DNA of 60,658 nucleotides from Actinomycetes bacterium (GTDB lineage Bacteria > Armatimonadota > SYMT01), in the NCBI GenBank assembly GCA_031426395.1, contig JANPLG010000399.1, positions 1 to 60,658 on the forward strand, given 5' to 3'. A program made the translations under genes and the position numbers. This document shows, in pieces, positions 48,023 to 57,331 of the stretch (position 1 is its first letter; the number at the start of each line of letters is the position of its first letter). The notes under the pieces were generated by a model. That model made no database searches. It worked only from the letters and a program-made list of their open reading frames with translations, and was not told where the DNA came from.

Positions 48023-49465
48023 ATGTCCCTGCACCGCTTTCAAGCTCCTCTCCCCCATATTGCACTCGTCGCGCTCGCGTCCGCTATGGCCGCGTCAGCC
48101 TCCGCTTCGGCGAAGGCAACCCGACCGCCGAACGTCTTGATGATCATCGCGGATGACCACCACTGGTCGGATTACGGCTTCATGGGACATCGTCACATCC
48201 AAACGCCGCACCTCGACCGCCTCTCACGGCAGAGCCGCGTCTTCAGCCGGGGCTACGTCCCATCCAGCCTCTGTAGTCCCAGCCTCTCCAGTATCCTGAC
48301 CGGCCTTTACCCTCACCAGCATCACGTCACCAGCAATGATCCGCCCGGCGGTCTCGCATCGGCGGGAAGCTCCCTTGCCAGGGCCAAGGCGCAGGTGTCG
48401 CGGCGGGAGATGGTGAGCCTCATCGACCGCGTGCCGACGCTTCCCCGCATGCTGGCCACCCAAGGCTACCGCAGCTTCCAGACCGGGAAGTGGTGGCAGG
48501 GCGATTTCCGTCACGGTGGCTTCACCGAGGGGATGACCCACGGCGATCCTAAGGGGGGCGGACGCCACGGGGATGCCGGCCTCACCATCGGTCGCCAGGG
48601 GCTGAAGCCGATCCACGACTTCGTGGCCGATAGCCGGGCTGCAGGGAAGCCGTTCTTCGTCTGGTATGCGCCGATGCTGCCGCACACGCCGCACAATCCG
48701 CCGGAACGGCTGCTGGCGAAGTACCGCGAGGTAGCCCCGACCCTCCACCTGGCACGCTACTGGGCGATGGTGGAATGGTTTGACGAGACCTGCGGAGAGC
48801 TGCTGGACTCCCTGGACCGGCAGGGCCTCGCGGAAAACACGCTGGTCTTGTACGTCGCGGACAATGGCTGGATTCAGAACCCGAATGCGCCGGAGTACGC
48901 GCCCCGCAGCAAACAGTCGCCTTACGACGGTGGCCTTCGCACGCCGATCATGCTCCGGTGGCCGGGCCGCGTGGCGCCGGGATTCTCGGGGAAGCTCGCA
49001 ACTTCCCTCGATCTGGCGCCGACCGTCCTATCGGCCGCAGGAATCAAGCCCGATCGCGGTATGGAAGGCATCGACCTTCGGAACGAGCGTGCCCTCAACA
49101 GGCGGAAGCGACTCTTCGGCGAATGTTTCACTCATGACGCCGTGGACCTCTCCGATCCCGCCGCCAGCCTGCGATGGCGCTGGGTGCGCGACGGTGACTG
49201 GAAGCTGATCGTGCCGGCGCCCCAGAACGAGCCTGCAGGAAAAGCGGAACTGTACCGTGTGGAGAGCGATCCGGAAGAGAAGGCGGACCTCGCCGCCCGG
49301 CAGCCTGGACGGGTCCGTCGATTGACGGCGCTGCTGGACGCGTGGTGGCCCGGCATAAGCCGTGACGCCGTCCCAAAGCGTGCTCTTGTTCCTAATCCTA
49401 ATCCTACTCGGCTCCACCTCACGCCAGCGGAACCCGTCCGAAAGGCGGTCGGATCCAGGCGCTAG
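48023..49465 (+). CDS. Exported sulfatase (Cys type, variant CxPSL motif)
   Basis: Signal peptide; PNVLMIIADD, LCSPSLSSILTG, TGKW, PHTPH, ADNG, KQSPYDGGLRTP. Confidence 0.9.
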   Translation: MSLHRFQAPLPHIALVALASAMAASASASAKATRPPNVLMIIADDHHWSDYGFMGHRHIQTPHLDRLSRQSRVFSRGYVPSSLCSPSLSSILTGLYPHQHHVTSNDPPGGLASAGSSLARAKAQVSRREMVSLIDRVPTLPRMLATQGYRSFQTGKWWQGDFRHGGFTEGMTHGDPKGGGRHGDAGLTIGRQGLKPIHDFVADSRAAGKPFFVWYAPMLPHTPHNPPERLLAKYREVAPTLHLARYWAMVEWFDETCGELLDSLDRQGLAENTLVLYVADNGWIQNPNAPEYAPRSKQSPYDGGLRTPIMLRWPGRVAPGFSGKLATSLDLAPTVLSAAGIKPDRGMEGIDLRNERALNRRKRLFGECFTHDAVDLSDPAASLRWRWVRDGDWKLIVPAPQNEPAGKAELYRVESDPEEKADLAARQPGRVRRLTALLDAWWPGISRDAVPKRALVPNPNPTRLHLTPAEPVRKAVGSRR

Positions 49466-49522
49466 GCCTCTGTCGCATACTCGTATCCCCATCCAGTTCT
49501 GCACACCGAAACCGAGGGGGTC

Positions 49523-50809
49523 ATGGTGCCCATAGTAAACTCTCAACCTGACCACAAGCGATGCCGCACTTCGCGTATACCGGCTAACGCGCTTCTCGCC
49601 GCCGTCTTGGCCGCCGGAATGGCAGGCTGCACCCCGGCAGCACGGACAACCACTGCCCCGAATCCCGTAACCAACACCGAGGTCATGAATTCGGCCCCAA
49701 TGGGTCCCGCTGCCGCCACCGTCAAGTCGGCGAGCGTGGAGGATTCCGGCACTCCGGATTGCTGCCTCAATCCCCGGGAGAAGGACGCGCCCTTCCGCTT
49801 CCCGGACCCGCACGCCGCCAAGGTAGCGGACGCCGGTAAGGTTGAGGCAACCGTGAAGTCGCAGGTGGCTGCACCCGCGCCGGCGCCGAATGGCATGGCC
49901 TGGATCCCTGCGGGCCGCTTCTCCATGGGCAGCGACTACGAGCCCTTCGGAGACGCGCGCCCGATCCACTCCGTGGAGCTGGACGGTTTCTGGATGGACC
50001 GCCATCCCGTCACCAATGCGGAGTTCGCCCGGTTCATCAAAGCGACGGGATACCGGACGGTTGCGGAGCGGCCCCTGGACCCCAAGCTCTTCCCCGGCGT
50101 GCCTGCGGACAAGCTCAAGCCCGGTGCCCTCGTCTTCACCCCGCCCAGCGAAGTGGTGGACCTGAACGACGTCTCCGGCTGGTGGCGCTACGTCCCCGGC
50201 GCGAGCTGGCAGCATCCAGAAGGTCCTGCCAGTTCCACCAAGGGCCGCGAGGACCATCCGGTCGTCCAGGTGGCCTATGAGGACGCCGAAGCCTACGCGA
50301 AATGGGCCGGCAAGCGGTTGCCCACGGAGGCGGAATGGGAGTATGCGGCACGAGGCGGTCTCTCGGGCAAGCCCTTCGTCTGGGGCGACCGCTTCCGCCC
50401 GGAAGGCAAGCCGATGGCCAACACTTTCCAGGGCCGCTTCCCGAACCGCAACGCAAAGGAAGACGGCTGGGCGCGGACCTCGCCGGTCGGCGCGTTCCCG
50501 GCCAACGGTTACGGTCTGCGGGACATGGCCGGCAACGTCTGGCAGTGGTGCAGCGACTGGTTCCGGCCGGACTACTACGCGCAGAGCCCCGCCAAGAACC
50601 CCACGGGTCCATCGGACAGCCACGACCCGGATGAGCCCGGCCAGATCAAGAAGGTCCAGCGCGGCGGCAGCTTCCTCTGCACGGATCAGTTCTGCAGCCG
50701 CTACATGCCCGGCGGCCGAGGCAAAGGCGCCACGGATACCGGCAGCAGCCACGTGGGATTCCGGTGCGTGAAGAGTCCCACCGCGCTAGCCGGACCACCC
50801 GCGCGTTAG
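49523..50809 (+). CDS. Formylglycine-generating enzyme (SUMF1) family lipoprotein
   Basis: Lipobox MAGC; IPAGRFSMG, HPVVQVAYEDA, RLPTEAEWEYAAR, DMAGNVWQW, GGSFLCTDQFCSRY, HVGFRC. Confidence 0.92.
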   Translation: MVPIVNSQPDHKRCRTSRIPANALLAAVLAAGMAGCTPAARTTTAPNPVTNTEVMNSAPMGPAAATVKSASVEDSGTPDCCLNPREKDAPFRFPDPHAAKVADAGKVEATVKSQVAAPAPAPNGMAWIPAGRFSMGSDYEPFGDARPIHSVELDGFWMDRHPVTNAEFARFIKATGYRTVAERPLDPKLFPGVPADKLKPGALVFTPPSEVVDLNDVSGWWRYVPGASWQHPEGPASSTKGREDHPVVQVAYEDAEAYAKWAGKRLPTEAEWEYAARGGLSGKPFVWGDRFRPEGKPMANTFQGRFPNRNAKEDGWARTSPVGAFPANGYGLRDMAGNVWQWCSDWFRPDYYAQSPAKNPTGPSDSHDPDEPGQIKKVQRGGSFLCTDQFCSRYMPGGRGKGATDTGSSHVGFRCVKSPTALAGPPAR

Positions 50810-50830
50810 GGCGATGTTGTCCGACCCGCG

Positions 50831-52000
50831 TCAGACCGGATCGGTGCCCTCGCTAAGAATTGCGAGATGGGCGCGGTAGGTGAAGACCCGGTCACGCCGC
50901 CGCCCCGTTATTTCTTCGGCGATGCCGTGGGACAGCAGCGACGCCATGGCCGTGCTGACCGTGGGATGGGACAGACCCGTCCGGCGGCACGCCTCCTGCA
51001 GGGTGATCGCGGGTCGCTCTTTCAGGACCGCATGGACCCGCAATGCGGAACCCGCAGTACGTCCGCACAACTCCTGTATGCGGGTTCGATCTTGCTGGAA
51101 CAGGGCGACGAGCCGCTGGGCCGTGGATACGGCACCATCGGCGGTGAGGCGGACGCCATCCAGAAAGAAGAGCAGCCACGCCTCCCAGTCTCCCGTGCGG
51201 CGGACGGTGTCGAGCATCGCGTAGTACTCGTCCCGGTGCTGCTTGAAGTAGAGGCTGAGGTAAAGAAGCGGCTGCTGCATAACTCCCGCGTGGCAGAGCA
51301 GCAGCGTGATCAGCAGCCGCCCCACCCGCCCGTTGCCATCCAAGAATGGGTGGATCGTCTCGAACTGGACGTGAGCCAGCCCAGCACGCACAAGTGTGGG
51401 CAACGGCAGATCCTCGACGTGCAGGAACTGCTCCAGGGAACCCATGCACTCTTCTAACTGATCGGCCGGGGGCGGAACGAAGTGCGCATTGCCGGGCCGG
51501 TTGCCCCCAATCCAGTTCTGGTTGCGTCGGAATTGGCCGGGTTCTTTCTCGCTGCCACGGCCTCGCTGGAGAAGCACCCCGTGAACCTCACGGATCAAGC
51601 GGTTGCAGAGCGGAAACCCGTCGCGCAGCCGGGCGAGACCGTGATCCAGGGCAGCAACATAGTTTGAGACTTCCACCACATCATCACGGGGAACGCCAGG
51701 GACCTCATCGAGCTCAAACAGCAGCAACTCCGAAAGCGACGACTGCGTCCCCTCGATCTGCGAAGAGAGCAGCGCCTCCTTGCGAACGTACATGTAGAGA
51801 AAGAGGCCGATGTCGGGCAGCAAGGCGGATAGGCTATCGAGCCTGCCGAGTGCCAGGTGGGCGGCTTCGAGGACCCGCTGCAGGGCTAGGCCATTCAGGT
51901 TGACAGGTGGCTCAGGGGGAAGCGGGAAGGGTACGAAGGCCCTTACGTTTTCGCCGGAGAACTCGGCAATGGAGTAGCGCCCGGACCTGCCTCGTTCCAT
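50831..52000 (-). CDS. Fic family protein (N-terminal extension, Fic core, C-terminal HTH)
   Basis: KEALLSSQIEGT, EVSNY, canonical HPFLDGNGRVGR, C-terminal helix-turn-helix-like segment. Confidence 0.92.
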   Translation of the reverse strand: MERGRSGRYSIAEFSGENVRAFVPFPLPPEPPVNLNGLALQRVLEAAHLALGRLDSLSALLPDIGLFLYMYVRKEALLSSQIEGTQSSLSELLLFELDEVPGVPRDDVVEVSNYVAALDHGLARLRDGFPLCNRLIREVHGVLLQRGRGSEKEPGQFRRNQNWIGGNRPGNAHFVPPPADQLEECMGSLEQFLHVEDLPLPTLVRAGLAHVQFETIHPFLDGNGRVGRLLITLLLCHAGVMQQPLLYLSLYFKQHRDEYYAMLDTVRRTGDWEAWLLFFLDGVRLTADGAVSTAQRLVALFQQDRTRIQELCGRTAGSALRVHAVLKERPAITLQEACRRTGLSHPTVSTAMASLLSHGIAEEITGRRRDRVFTYRAHLAILSEGTDPV

Positions 52001-52021
52001 CTGCCGCCCCTATGCAAGAGA

Positions 52022-52087
52022 CTTTAATAGCGCTAGCCGCTATTAAAGATTTCGCCCTTATTTTACATAACGGCTCGTCAAGGTCAA
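52022..52087 (-). promoter_or_regulatory. Promoter plus perfect 11-bp inverted repeat (operator candidate) upstream of fic
   Basis: TTGACC (52087-52082), 16-nt spacer, TAAAAT (52065-52060); CTTTAATAGCG-N5-CGCTATTAAAG at 52022-52048. Confidence 0.65.
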
Positions 52088-52325
52088 GGCTGCGGGTGGA
52101 GAAACCCGGCTTTGGGACGCGGCGCTCGTTAAGTGTCTCAGTTTTCGGGCGCGGTTGTCTCAATCCCCCGCCCCCCGCTTGACCGGACGGCCCACGGCTG
52201 AGCGGCCGCAACAGGTCTCCCCGAGTCACGGCAGCGAGTTGAGGCTTTGGATGCGAAGGTATCATAAAGAGGCAGCGTCTCACTCACATCTCGGTACCCG
52301 ACGCCTTGATCGCCTTCCAATCCCT

Positions 52326-52724
52326 ATGCCCTACGCCTATGTCTACCAGTGCGATGGCTGTGGCTGGGACACGGAAGTGGTTCTGGCGGAGGAGTTTCGC
52401 GTTGACCTGGATGGCACACGGAAGGCCTACCAGTACCCCACCGAGGGGCTGATCGAATGGCCACCGCGCAAGGTTGCTGGCCTGCGGAGCCACCTCTGGT
52501 GCCCGGCGTGCATGGCCGTACGAGAGCGGCTCCTGGTGGCGCTTGACGATCCTGCGGAGCATCCGGTGCAGGCCTTCCTGGCCGCCGAGGCGCGGGGGTT
52601 GACCGGCGGGGAGAGCGGGCCGTGCCCTGAGTGCGGCGCGGCGCTGACGGTCGACCCGGACGGAGTCCCCTGCCCCGCGTGCGGCGAGGGTCACCTGCGC
52701 GGAATCGGCGAGTATGAGCCGTGA
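52326..52724 (+). CDS. Small protein with four CxxC motifs (double Zn-finger-like)
   Basis: CDGC, CPAC, CPEC, CPAC; GTGA overlap with the next gene. Confidence 0.75.
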   Translation: MPYAYVYQCDGCGWDTEVVLAEEFRVDLDGTRKAYQYPTEGLIEWPPRKVAGLRSHLWCPACMAVRERLLVALDDPAEHPVQAFLAAEARGLTGGESGPCPECGAALTVDPDGVPCPACGEGHLRGIGEYEP

Positions 52725-53293
52725 CCGTCAACGGCTCCGGCGTCACGGACTCCCAGAATCGAATCTTCGGGCGCACCACGGCTCAAGCGGCGAGGGGCGC
52801 CCTTCTGCTCGCGCTCCTGGGCACCGCTGCGGTGGTGATGCTGGACCGAAGTCTTACGCGACCCGGCACCGTTGCGGGAGAAGCGCTCCGGAACAGCGGC
52901 ATTCCCGATTGGGTGCCCACTCTGCTGGGAGTTGGCGGAGTGGCGGTGTTGGCGGGATGGGGGTTTATCCAGTCGCTCCGCGCCAGAGCTTGCTTCTCGA
53001 TTTCGCCGACGGGCTGGAAAATCAACGGTCCCGGTGGTGCTTACCTACTGGACTGGAAGAACGTGACGGCGGTTGAAGCCACGACCACCGGCGCGATCGG
53101 CTTTCGGGTCAGCGACCGAGCTGCGGTGATTGCCAGCCACCGAGGAACGGAGCAGCACCGGGCGTGGCTTGCCACCCAGGAACCCTACGGCGAATGGGAC
53201 TACCTCTTCACCCGTGCGGAGCTCGGCACGGATGCAAGCGAGGTGATGGACGCGATTGAAACGGTGCGAGGGCGGGACGGAGCGTCCTGCTAG
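52721..53293 (+). CDS. Membrane protein with two TM helices and a PH-like soluble domain
   Basis: Two hydrophobic segments followed by FSISPTGWKI...LLDWKNVTAV, a bacterial PH-like pattern. Confidence 0.6.
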   Translation: MTVNGSGVTDSQNRIFGRTTAQAARGALLLALLGTAAVVMLDRSLTRPGTVAGEALRNSGIPDWVPTLLGVGGVAVLAGWGFIQSLRARACFSISPTGWKINGPGGAYLLDWKNVTAVEATTTGAIGFRVSDRAAVIASHRGTEQHRAWLATQEPYGEWDYLFTRAELGTDASEVMDAIETVRGRDGASC

Positions 53294-53318
53294 CGCCTCG
53301 GGACCGACTTCGCAAGGG

Positions 53319-54149
53319 TTAGAAGCGGCGGGCAGGGCGAATGTCCGCATTGACCTGAAGCGTCTGGCCCGGCTTCACGGAGATTCTCCGCTGCGTGCGG
53401 CCGCCGATTCTAGGCGTCCAGAAGACTAGACGATGGTTTCCCGGGGGCAGCTTCGCATTCCGCAATGGTAGGGTGCCGAGCAAGGTCCCACCATTCAAAT
53501 AGACATAGGTCGGACCGGTGTTTCGGCTGCGTCGCGCCGTCGTCGAACGGCGGCTGGGAAGGGTTCGCTGTGCCTGGGACCTCGGGTTGGTGCGCTGCCG
53601 GTGCGTTCCCGTGCGGCTCGTGACCTTGAACGAAGCCGCCTGCAGGGTGCTCCTCGGCCGCGCATCGCGAGGGAGCATGGCGGTAGCGCTTGCCAGTTCC
53701 GTTGCCTTTCGTGTTGCGGATTCGCCGTTGGGCTTGACCGCTTTCAACTTGACGGGGAACGGTTGGGCGACACTCGACGGAGCGAGTGCCTGAGGTGCAG
53801 GTGCCGCCACTGATTCTGGCACGGGAGCGGAGGCGGAAGCGGTAGATGCGGGAAAGGAATCGTCGCCCCGCGCGGTGATTGAGACGGAAGCCAGGCGCAC
53901 GGGAGCTGGAGATGGAATCGCCACACGCGGAGCTTCCCGGAAGTAGACGCCCACTGCGAATCCCGCCAGGAGCAGCGTGCAACCGGATGCGAGGGTCAAC
54001 CCGATCCAGGTGCGGCGCGCTCCCCCGGTCTGGCCGTCTGCCAGCCGATCCCTGCACGGCGCACAGAAGCTGGTCTCCTCGGAGACTGGCTGGCTGCACC
54101 GCAGGCAGTGTCGCTCGTGTGCACCGTCAGGGTAGGGAAGAGTCGTCAT
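53319..54149 (-). CDS. Zinc-ribbon / TM / low-complexity linker / PEGA-like domain protein
   Basis: CLRC...CAPC, one TM helix, Ala/Pro/Ser/Arg-rich linker, VYLNGGTLLGTLPLRNAKLPPGNHRLVF. Confidence 0.7.
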   Translation of the reverse strand: MTTLPYPDGAHERHCLRCSQPVSEETSFCAPCRDRLADGQTGGARRTWIGLTLASGCTLLLAGFAVGVYFREAPRVAIPSPAPVRLASVSITARGDDSFPASTASASAPVPESVAAPAPQALAPSSVAQPFPVKLKAVKPNGESATRKATELASATAMLPRDARPRSTLQAASFKVTSRTGTHRQRTNPRSQAQRTLPSRRSTTARRSRNTGPTYVYLNGGTLLGTLPLRNAKLPPGNHRLVFWTPRIGGRTQRRISVKPGQTLQVNADIRPARRF

Positions 54150-54873
54150 CGTGGGTTGAATCTCGAGCCCGGCTGCGTTACGACTGCGGCCAGGGGACCA
54201 CGCGAACGTCATCGGCGTCTTCTGGAAGAAGCAACCGTTAACTCCCCTGATACCCCTTTGACGAGCATTTCAATCCTGCGGTTCCCCATCCGGAGGGCAA
54301 GCTACCTGCGGCACGCCTGAAACTCGCCCTATTGACCTGATTTGACACACCCGCAGGGCCCTTTTCCTGCTGCAGGAAAGCTCAACTCCCGTCACTCCGT
54401 TGAGCCCGCGCCATGCTCGCACGAAAGGACGGGAGCACTCCCGTCCCCGCTTCACGCGGGCTAGGACCACGCGCGGGCCGGGTACAGCTGGATTCCCGAA
54501 GAGGACGAATACCTCGCGCGGGACGGATACCGTCGAGAATGACGACCGGTGGGGTGCGGCGGAGCGGCGTACTGGTCCCGTGGAATGGCCCATCTCCGGC
54601 TCGGATGCGGCTTACTGCCCCCGGTTTCCAGGATGTGGGTGCCGATATGGCATGTGAGTTTCCGGGAGGGCACGGGTGCCGCGAACCGAGCGGTGCCTTA
54701 CCCGGATCGACGGATGCCGAGGTGCGGGAGCATTCGGCTGATGGGTTGGCGCGGCGGCCCGCAACCTGGCTGGAGGTTGGGAACGACTCTGAAGGGCCGT
54801 GCTTGGACAGAGGCTCGCTTGTCTGCGACCGTCTCACGGATGTGTGCGCCCGGAAGGCATCTTTGGAGTTGCG

Positions 54874-55524
54874 TCAGGTGCCGGCGTCGCTGAACTGCTG
54901 CTGCGCCCTTACCTTCTCGACCACGAGGACGCTGGCACCCGGCTCCACGTGGACGGTGCGCACGGACCGACCCTGCACGGAAGGCGTCCAGAACACGAGC
55001 CGATGTCGGCCAGCAGGGACCGACGCGTTGCGCAGCGGTGTCTCCCCCAGCAACGTCCCCCCGTCCAGGTAAACGAATGTCCGCTCCGGCGGGGTCGTCA
55101 TCACCGTCACCGCGCCGTTCTCGAGGACGATGGGCGGCGACTGGGCCGGTGGTGATGTAGCGACCGTCTCCTGCGGCGCAGGTAGAGCGGTAGCGATCTC
55201 TGCTGGTTCAGGGCCGTCCAACTTCGCAGGCACTTTGAGCGCGGCGACATGTCGCGGGGCATCCGGCTCCGCTACGGGAGTGATGCGCACAAACGGCTCC
55301 GGTGCGTCAACGCGCGCGGGCGTCTGAAGCGTGATGCGCGCGACGATGAAGCCAGTCACTGCCACAGCGATCCCTGCCGCCGCCAGCGCGACGGCACCCC
55401 TGGCGGCACCCCTCGCGGGGCCCGTTCGCGTAGTGGAGCGCCCGACCTCTCGGGTGGAACGCTTGCACTCCGGGCAGAACCAAGCTTGCCGCTCCACGCG
55501 TGCGGCACAGTACGGACACCGCAT
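54874..55524 (-). CDS. Zinc-ribbon / TM / PEGA domain protein (paralog of 53319-54149)
   Basis: CPYC...CPEC, one TM helix, GAVTVMTTPP..VYLDGGTLLGETPLRNASVPAGRHRLVF; GGGAG RBS. Confidence 0.75.
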   Translation of the reverse strand: MRCPYCAARVERQAWFCPECKRSTREVGRSTTRTGPARGAARGAVALAAAGIAVAVTGFIVARITLQTPARVDAPEPFVRITPVAEPDAPRHVAALKVPAKLDGPEPAEIATALPAPQETVATSPPAQSPPIVLENGAVTVMTTPPERTFVYLDGGTLLGETPLRNASVPAGRHRLVFWTPSVQGRSVRTVHVEPGASVLVVEKVRAQQQFSDAGT

Positions 55525-55777
55525 TTTGCTCAACTCCCGGACTTCTCAGAGTTTAGATCGTGATGCCGCTATACCCGACTATCAGGTGAGGAGCGGTCTC
55601 GATTCAGATGTCGGCAACGCCCCATGGAACCGTCAACGATTCTTCTCGGGGCGCATACCGTGACTCCGGTGTCTCGGTAGTTTAGTGCACTCGAATAGCT
55701 GTCGAGTTCAGGGCGGCACTGCTTTTCCGACCTGCGCGGTGTAAGCCCGCGCTGGTCAGAAGGTCACAACTGTGCGG

Positions 55778-57331
55778 TTAACGCATCGCGCTGAACGGGC
55801 CGGTGACGAACATCGCCTCGGCCACGCGCCGTGCCAGGGTCATCCCACCACTCGACCAGAAGCCGAGAACGATGACGCCAATGGCGCTGAGGCCCAGGGC
55901 GAGCTTGAGGTGCCAGTCAGCATCGACCTCGGGCCGCTCCCGATGGTCGTCGTCTGCCTTGTCCATATACATCGCCTTGATCACGCCGAGGTAGTAGTAG
56001 AACGAGACCACGCTGGTGAGGGCGAAGAGGACGATAAGCCAGACCAGCGGTGAGTTCATTCCCACGAGGGCCTGGATCAGGAAGAGCTTCCCGAAGAAGC
56101 CCGCAGTCGGAGGAAGTCCCGCCAGCGAGAGCATGAAGAGGGACATCAACGCGGCCAGCCCTGGGTAGCGCGATGCAAGCCCGGCGAGATCGGAGATCTC
56201 CGTCACCTCTTCGCCGCGCTTCCGCAACGCCAGCACCACGCCGAAGGCACCAAGGTTGCTGACCGTGTAGACGAGGGTGTAGAAGAGCACCGCGCTGACC
56301 GCATCCTGGCGCGGATCGGCCGTCATCCCGAAGGCGGAGCTGGGCCGGATGGCGGCCACCATCCCGACCATGATGTAGCCAGCGTGCGCGATGCTGGAGT
56401 AGGCCAGCATCCGCTTGATGTTCGGCTGAACCACGGCCACCACGTTGCCCACCAGCATGGTGAGCGCCGCGATGGACGCAAGGACGGCGCTGATCTGAAG
56501 CTGGAGCCCCTGATCGCTGAAGCCGCTCACCAGCACCCGGAGGAAGGCGGCGAAACCGGCGGCCTTGGCAACGACCGACATGAAGGCAGTGACGGAGGTC
56601 GGCGCGCCCTGGTAGACGTCCGGCGTCCAGATATGGAACGGCACCACGGCAACCTTGAAGCCGAAGCCGACCAGCAGCATCGCGATACCGGCCAGGAGCA
56701 GGAAGTTCTTGCCGGGATCTGTGCTGCTCAGCGTCCGCAGTCCGTCCGCGATATCGGGGATCTGGAGGGTGCCTGACGCGCCGTAGATCAGCGCGATGCC
56801 GTACAGGAAGAAGGCCGAGGCGAAGGATCCGAGGAGGAAGTACTTCAGCGCCGCCTCATCGCTCTCCAGTCGGTCGGTCTGGTAGCCGGCCAGGATGTAG
56901 AGCGCGATGGAGAGGATCTCCAGCCCAATGAAGATGCAGATCAGGTTGAGCGAGTCCGCCATCACCACCGCCCCAAGCGTGGTGAAGAGGATCAGAGCGT
57001 AGTACTCGCCGCGGTTCTCGTTGCGCCGTTCCAGGTAGTGCACGGAGAGCCAGACGGAGAGGATGCCACCGACGGCGAAGATCAGCGTGAAGAACGAGCT
57101 GAAACCGTCCGCTGCCACCAATCCCTGCATGGAGGGTTCGGTCGGACCCTTCGGCCACTGGGCAAGCCCCACGCCAGCGGCGGCGGCAAGCCCTACCACG
57201 GCGATGTTGGCGAGAATGCGCTTGGAGAGCCGGGGGGTCAGCACCTCCAGCATCAGCACCAGCATCCCGAAGACGGCGAGAATGAGGACCGGCGCGATGG
57301 CCGCGATGTCTTTTGCGGTAGGTGTAAGCAT
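55778..57331 (-). CDS. nuoN: NADH-quinone oxidoreductase subunit N
   Basis: EAALKYFLLGS, GFKVAVVPFHIWTPDVYQGAPT, KRMLAYSSIAHAGY, LAGLPPTAGFFGK. Confidence 0.96.
   Translation of the reverse strand: MLTPTAKDIAAIAPVLILAVFGMLVLMLEVLTPRLSKRILANIAVVGLAAAAGVGLAQWPKGPTEPSMQGLVAADGFSSFFTLIFAVGGILSVWLSVHYLERRNENRGEYYALILFTTLGAVVMADSLNLICIFIGLEILSIALYILAGYQTDRLESDEAALKYFLLGSFASAFFLYGIALIYGASGTLQIPDIADGLRTLSSTDPGKNFLLLAGIAMLLVGFGFKVAVVPFHIWTPDVYQGAPTSVTAFMSVVAKAAGFAAFLRVLVSGFSDQGLQLQISAVLASIAALTMLVGNVVAVVQPNIKRMLAYSSIAHAGYIMVGMVAAIRPSSAFGMTADPRQDAVSAVLFYTLVYTVSNLGAFGVVLALRKRGEEVTEISDLAGLASRYPGLAALMSLFMLSLAGLPPTAGFFGKLFLIQALVGMNSPLVWLIVLFALTSVVSFYYYLGVIKAMYMDKADDDHRERPEVDADWHLKLALGLSAIGVIVLGFWSSGGMTLARRVAEAMFVTGPFSAMR

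Noticed and set aside
53490-53560. Frameshift in the first PEGA paralog (alternate frame QPPFDDGA resembles SPPIVLENGA of the second)
   Set aside because: Only a few residues match, the spacing differs by 8 nt, and the main frame is uninterrupted.
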